NCBI GenBank assembly: GCA_965243855.1
Contig: CBDEWE010000003.1
Span: 1,474,610-1,538,609, forward strand
Reading direction: 5' to 3'
Length of the DNA stretch: 64,000 bases
Origin: an uncultured Candidatus Binatia bacterium
GTDB lineage: Bacteria; Desulfobacterota; Binatia; Bin18
Part shown: in pieces, positions 59,668-64,000 of the stretch
Layout: each line of letters begins with the position of its first letter
Numbering within the stretch: the first letter of the stretch is position 1
Program-made: the position numbers and the translations under genes
The notes under the pieces: model-generated
Told to the model about the DNA's origin: nothing
Seen by the model: only the letters and a program-made list of their open reading frames with translations
The model's database searches: none

Positions 59668-60383
59668 GCCAGCCAACCGCCATCAACCACGTAGCTGGCC
59701 CCTGTCACAAAATCCCCTGATTCGACAAGAAAGCGGACCGTACGCGCAATGTCGTACGGGCTCCCAAAGCGTTGCAGCGGCGTACGGATACGCAGCTCTT
59801 CTTGCTGGTCAGGGCCATAGTCTTCGGGGAGTAAGACCGGGCCGGGCGCGATTTCGTTGACCTGGACATGCGGGGCAAATGCCTTTGCTAATGCTTGCGT
59901 CAGCGCAGAGACCCCCGCCTTGGATACACAATAGGGGAGAAAGTTTCGACTTGGTCGCCGACCGCTCCAATCGCCAAGAAAAATGATTTTACCCCTCCCC
60001 TGTTGATACATCTGTCTTCCGATGAGCATCGAGAGGAAGAAGGGGGCTGATATATTCGTCTGACGGAAGGTGTGCCATTCCTGTGCGGTGAGGGCGGTGA
60101 TGGGCGTCGGAAAGAACACAGCGGCATTATTGATGAGAATGTCGATTTTTCCTGTTTTTTCCAGCGCTTCACGGGCGATACGCTGTATGTTGCGGCGATT
60201 TGTCAAATCGCCCCGTATAACCCAGGCGCGGCGGCCATGTTGTTGCACAGCTCGTCTCGTCTCGTCTCCTGACGACGTATGGGCGTGCAGGACCACATCC
60301 GCTCCTCCTTGCGCTAAAGTAATGGCAATCTCTCGTCCTATACGGCGGCCTGCACCGGTCACCAGTGCACTCCGTAACTGCAT
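59634..60383 (-). CDS. SDR family oxidoreductase
   Basis: Begins MQLRSALVTGAGRRIGREIA (TGxxxxIG). YxxxK as YCVSK. Confidence 0.85.
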   Translation of the reverse strand: MQLRSALVTGAGRRIGREIAITLAQGGADVVLHAHTSSGDETRRAVQQHGRRAWVIRGDLTNRRNIQRIAREALEKTGKIDILINNAAVFFPTPITALTAQEWHTFRQTNISAPFFLSMLIGRQMYQQGRGKIIFLGDWSGRRPSRNFLPYCVSKAGVSALTQALAKAFAPHVQVNEIAPGPVLLPEDYGPDQQEELRIRTPLQRFGSPYDIARTVRFLVESGDFVTGASYVVDGGWLAQGHDGTETSL

Positions 60384-60391
60384 ACGCTTTG

Positions 60392-61921
60392 CTACCCTTT
60401 TTGTTCTGGCACGGTGAGTGGAATGGTCAAGGTAAAGGTCGCGCCGCCATCTCTATTATTATGTGCGGAGACCGTCCCATTATGGAGTTCGATAATTTTT
60501 TGCGTGAAGGCGAGGCCTAAACCGGAACCGGTTTTCTTGGTAGAAACAAAGGGGGCAAAGACCTGTTCAGCCACTCCCTCCGGAATACCCGTGCCCGTGT
60601 CTCGGACTGTAACCTGCATCTGATCCTGTACCTGTCGTGCCCCAATCGTAATCTGTCCATCTTCAGATGAGGCTTCCAGCGCGTTCGCTAAGAGATTCAA
60701 GATGGCCTGCTTGAGCTTGATATGATCAAAGGGCATGAGAGGTCCCTCACCCTGCATTGCCAACTCATAGCGGAGCGTCACCCCTCGTGCCCGAGCGGCT
60801 TCATGAATTTCTCGTCCCGCCTCTTGCAGGAGTTTGCTCAATAACCCAGGCTCACGATGAACGGCAAAGTCACGGGAAAAGACCAGCAGATCGGACAGCG
60901 TGGTGTTCAAGTCTGTAATGGCCGCATCGAGTTGTTCGACTCGTTGGGAGGCCTCTTCCAGTGTCTCGTGGGTGGGTGGCTGCGTTTCGTCCAGCGTATC
61001 TCGCAACAGGTCGCACTGAAGACCTAAGAGGCCGATTTTCTGGAGGATTTGGTGTGAGATCGTCGACGACATATGTCCAATTGCCGCCATGCGTTCGCTT
61101 CTTGCCATATCGACATTCATCAATTGAAGTTGCGTATTTTGACGCTCAATTTCCTTTTTGCGAAGCGTGAGCGTCCGCATGAGCACATGGGCCGCCCCAA
61201 CCGGAATAGCGCTCAAGTAGAGTCCTGCCCCCCCAAAGGTATTGACCCCAAGGATCATGATCGCACTATACGGCGTGACCAGCAGCAGCCCGGTAATCAT
61301 CAATGTCGGGAAATTACCTGCAAAATCGAGCCCGGACGTATAGAGTGTCCCATACCGCGCACGGTGCTGTAATCCATAACCCAGGGTAAAAACAGCCCAC
61401 CCGCCTGCTTCACTCAGTATGAATCGTGCCAGTTCTTCAAATTCTCCAATATGAATAGGAATGTGCCCACCGCTCGAACGATAAACGATATAGCGGGCAA
61501 AGAGTGCCATTTGCAGCAGCGCGCATAATTCAAGAATCCGTCGGACCGGGTGGGCGTCCTCTCGTACGGTTTGGGGCACCGTATCTACGCCCCACCATCT
61601 TACTACCAAGGAGAGAGGGAGACTGAGGAATATTGATCCGAGGAGTAAGGGTAAGGCAAACAGCCCAACCGTGTACAGCAGTGAACTCGTCACCGCAAAG
61701 AGTAAGAGAGACAGGAACCAGTCTTGTCCCACCTCAACCCGCAACAACACTCCAATACACAGCAGAGGCACAAACGCCTGGTAGAGATCAAGATAGCCAA
61801 GATTAAACGCGACAAAACCACTCGCCGCCAACAGAAGACCGAACAATCCGCCAGCAGTTCCAGCTTGCAGAGGGCTGAGCACTCTCTCGTCGCTCATCAC
61901 TCCCGGCCCGTCAGAAACCAA
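60392..61921 (-). CDS. sensor histidine kinase with polytopic membrane N-terminal domain
   Basis: About 6 TM helices, then a DHp H-box (IGHMSSTISHQI) and a HATPase_c domain (GTGIPEG; GSGLGLA). Confidence 0.85.
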   Translation of the reverse strand: MVSDGPGVMSDERVLSPLQAGTAGGLFGLLLAASGFVAFNLGYLDLYQAFVPLLCIGVLLRVEVGQDWFLSLLLFAVTSSLLYTVGLFALPLLLGSIFLSLPLSLVVRWWGVDTVPQTVREDAHPVRRILELCALLQMALFARYIVYRSSGGHIPIHIGEFEELARFILSEAGGWAVFTLGYGLQHRARYGTLYTSGLDFAGNFPTLMITGLLLVTPYSAIMILGVNTFGGAGLYLSAIPVGAAHVLMRTLTLRKKEIERQNTQLQLMNVDMARSERMAAIGHMSSTISHQILQKIGLLGLQCDLLRDTLDETQPPTHETLEEASQRVEQLDAAITDLNTTLSDLLVFSRDFAVHREPGLLSKLLQEAGREIHEAARARGVTLRYELAMQGEGPLMPFDHIKLKQAILNLLANALEASSEDGQITIGARQVQDQMQVTVRDTGTGIPEGVAEQVFAPFVSTKKTGSGLGLAFTQKIIELHNGTVSAHNNRDGGATFTLTIPLTVPEQKG

Positions 61922-63351
61922 TCAAGCCACGGGACACGCCGGAATAAGAGGAAACCATATTCGAGGTTTGTGGAGTTAAAGTCATATTCGTTCAGCGAGA
62001 CGTTGAAACGCAGATCCTGAAATCCGTAGCGTATATCCAGCTGATTGTTCCAATCGTAGGCTTCTTGTTTGACCGGTACGCGATAGACGATGTCCCAGTG
62101 CAATACAATCCGATAATAGGGATGGGTCCGCCATTGAGTATTCGGGAAGACAAATTCCAAAACATAGCAGGGGCGGCCGTCATGTTCCTGAATGCCACGA
62201 AATTGCACCTCCAGCTCGCTCTGTAGCCACCCTTGTAAGAGTTGCGTCTGTAGCTGTTCGACAACCTGACCAAATCCAAACTCATTAAGAGAATAGTGCA
62301 ATTCTCGTTGCACCCAGGGACCGTCCGGTATCAAGTCACCAATGACCGGGACACCGAACAACGACGTCCGGACCCGGACCCGTCCTCTATTCCAGCCCGT
62401 CCGGAACAGCGCCTCCTTGAGTCCACCGCTCTCTTGTTCCCACGCTATATAGACATCGAACGGTTTCCGAAACTTGAATCTCGCCGTCCGACGGCTCAAT
62501 TGGCCCTCACGACGCGCTTCAGTCACCCATACCCCGGTATAGTCTTGTATTTCACCAGCACGGCGCAACCAATTCTGGGTGAATCCACGGACATCCAGAT
62601 CGGTTCCCGGTCGAAACAGACTCGGATCCCCAGACGCCGGAGATTCACGCTCAAAGACCTGTTGTGAAATCCCAATATTGACCTGTAGGTCTGTATACGA
62701 CAAGCGTTGGCGGACTTCTCCGGATGCCCCTCGAAGGATGAGTTCGAGGGGCATCCCTGTTCCCCGCTCGATCACGAACTCATACGTCGCAACCATATTA
62801 TCACGAAATGGAATGAGAAAAGCCGGCACTGACAGAATCACTCGCCCTTCGGCCAATTGTGGGTCTCCCGGCTGAAGGGCGACAAGCTGGAGGCTACGGT
62901 CGGCGCTAGACCGCTGAGAGAGGGCTCTGAGTGCATATAACCACGCGTTCACATCTTTGAGGGCTGGAGCGAAAGGGTCGCTAATTTCCGTGGAGGGAAT
63001 ACTGACCCGGACGTAATCAAACCAGCCGCCGAGTCTGATGAAAACTGTTCCCAGAGCCCGGGTTGGCCTGGTGAGCAGGGTGGTACCGCGGTATAAACCC
63101 GATTGCCACTGCATGAGCAGAGAAGATGGCTTACGAAAGGTTACTGCAATTTCGTGCTGCCTCTGGGCGCCGCCCTTTTCCCATATCTCATGCCGTAATG
63201 TACCGCGATAGTCGACAAGCCGGTGATACGCGGCTTGACACTCGGCCAAGAGTTCCTGCACTCTCGTCTCCACGGCTTCGGCACCTGCGCCTCTTGGTAT
63301 AAACAACACCAGAGAGAGCGTGTACAGCATCATCGGGACCAGCCGCGTCAT
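61897..63351 (-). CDS. exported hypothetical protein embedded in the two-component operon
   Basis: Signal peptide (LVLFIPRGAGAEA). 484 aa, Trp/Arg-rich with an internally duplicated domain. No recognisable family. Its ends overlap the response-regulator gene by 4 bp and the kinase gene by 25 bp. Confidence 0.5.
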   Translation of the reverse strand: MTRLVPMMLYTLSLVLFIPRGAGAEAVETRVQELLAECQAAYHRLVDYRGTLRHEIWEKGGAQRQHEIAVTFRKPSSLLMQWQSGLYRGTTLLTRPTRALGTVFIRLGGWFDYVRVSIPSTEISDPFAPALKDVNAWLYALRALSQRSSADRSLQLVALQPGDPQLAEGRVILSVPAFLIPFRDNMVATYEFVIERGTGMPLELILRGASGEVRQRLSYTDLQVNIGISQQVFERESPASGDPSLFRPGTDLDVRGFTQNWLRRAGEIQDYTGVWVTEARREGQLSRRTARFKFRKPFDVYIAWEQESGGLKEALFRTGWNRGRVRVRTSLFGVPVIGDLIPDGPWVQRELHYSLNEFGFGQVVEQLQTQLLQGWLQSELEVQFRGIQEHDGRPCYVLEFVFPNTQWRTHPYYRIVLHWDIVYRVPVKQEAYDWNNQLDIRYGFQDLRFNVSLNEYDFNSTNLEYGFLLFRRVPWLDWFLTGRE

Positions 63352-64000
63352 TCGTCCCCCAAACCGGCTTTCAGCGCCAGCACCGCTGCTTTCGTCCGAT
63401 CGTTCACCTGCAACTTTCGAAAAATGCTCGCAAGGTGCATCTTGACTGTGAGTTCACTGATAAAGAGTTGCTGACTGATTTCTTTATTCGAGGCGCCGGT
63501 TGCCACCGAACGTAATACTTCTTCCTCTCGATTCGTGAGTGTCTGGACCAAGCGCCTCAGTTCTTCAACTTCTTGATCACGCTGAAACTCATGTAAGAAC
63601 TTACTGGCTAAGTCAGGATTCAAAAACACTTCTCCGTCTGCGACTTTACGGAGTGTTTCAAGAATCTCTTTAGAGCGGGTATTTTTGAGCAGGTATCCGA
63701 CGGCTCCAACTTTCAAGGCACGGAAGATAAGAGGCGGGTTGTCATAGCCGGTGAGCATCACAACCTTCGTTTCCGGTGACTGCTTACGAACAAAAGCAGT
63801 CGCACCAATCCCATCTCCCTCGGGCAACTCGAAATCCATGAGAATGACCTGAGGTTTTTTCTTTTCGAGTAGCTTCTTCAGATCAGCCACACTCTCGGCT
63901 ACGCCAAGGAGTTCAAAGTCAGGCTGTTTTCGAAATAACTCCTGGAGGCCGGACAGAAAAATCGGGTGATCATCGACAAGAATAATAGAGATTTTTCCAC
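63348..64000 (-). CDS. response regulator, REC + LuxR-type HTH (NarL/FixJ family); start lies beyond the window edge
   Basis: The reading frame continues past 63890 to the window end (…ISIILVDDHPIFLSGL… is the REC N-terminus with DD). Phospho-acceptor LMDFELPEGDG. C-terminal LuxR HTH LTNREEEVLRSVATGASNKEISQQLFISELTVKMH. Confidence 0.85.
   Translation of the reverse strand, partial: GKISIILVDDHPIFLSGLQELFRKQPDFELLGVAESVADLKKLLEKKKPQVILMDFELPEGDGIGATAFVRKQSPETKVVMLTGYDNPPLIFRALKVGAVGYLLKNTRSKEILETLRKVADGEVFLNPDLASKFLHEFQRDQEVEELRRLVQTLTNREEEVLRSVATGASNKEISQQLFISELTVKMHLASIFRKLQVNDRTKAAVLALKAGLGDE

Noticed and set aside
1-64000. Search for tRNA, rRNA, tmRNA and IS elements / transposases / integrases
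   Set aside because: No T-loop/anticodon-arm patterns, rRNA-like conserved stretches, or transposase/integrase-like ORFs were recognisable by eye. The AT-rich gap at 54417-55063 was examined specifically and does not fold as a tRNA.

Overview
This is a high-GC bacterial chromosomal window of about 58 predicted genes, almost all ordinary housekeeping or metabolic genes. I did not find a transposase, integrase, rRNA, tRNA or CRISPR array. Gene content, in order: F420/LLM-type flavin oxidoreductases (three copies), a PspA membrane-stress cluster (DUF350 protein, membrane spermidine-synthase-like protein, DUF4178, PspA, YbjN, MthK-like K+ channel, rhodanese), a nucleoside-recognition Gate-domain membrane protein, Amt, an enoyl-CoA hydratase / CoA-transferase block, a thioredoxin-fold DUF255 protein, a SelW-like protein, an aldo-keto reductase, a dimethylglycine-oxidase-like enzyme, a molybdenum hydroxylase operon (coxL-S-M-G order), an amidohydrolase, an orphan YhaN/SbcE-like membrane-anchored SMC-family ATPase, two acyl-CoA dehydrogenases, an SDR, murI, a very long secA (1245 aa), argJ, gatCAB, yraN, serS, a Rieske / split cytochrome b / octaheme cytochrome c / cupredoxin respiratory operon, a TPR protein, a bifunctional nuclease, a MoxR(CoxD)/VWA(CoxE) pair, an NRDE protein, and a two-component system with an embedded exported protein. 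Two families of interspersed palindromic repeats are not explained by any gene. Family A is a ~55-bp hairpin element present in at least 10 intergenic copies. Family B is a ~80-bp element made of tandem 9-mers (GTTGAGTCN ... GACTCAACA/GACCCAAAA) present in 4 copies, one of them in-frame inside secA. A 660-bp AT-rich convergent intergenic region carries perfect TTGACTATAGTCAA palindromes, which recur upstream of the enoyl-CoA hydratase gene. All functional calls rest on recognisable sequence motifs and domain architecture read from the translations. I could not run any database search. I cannot assign taxonomy with confidence; the content suggests a high-GC, F420-using, uncultivated-type lineage.
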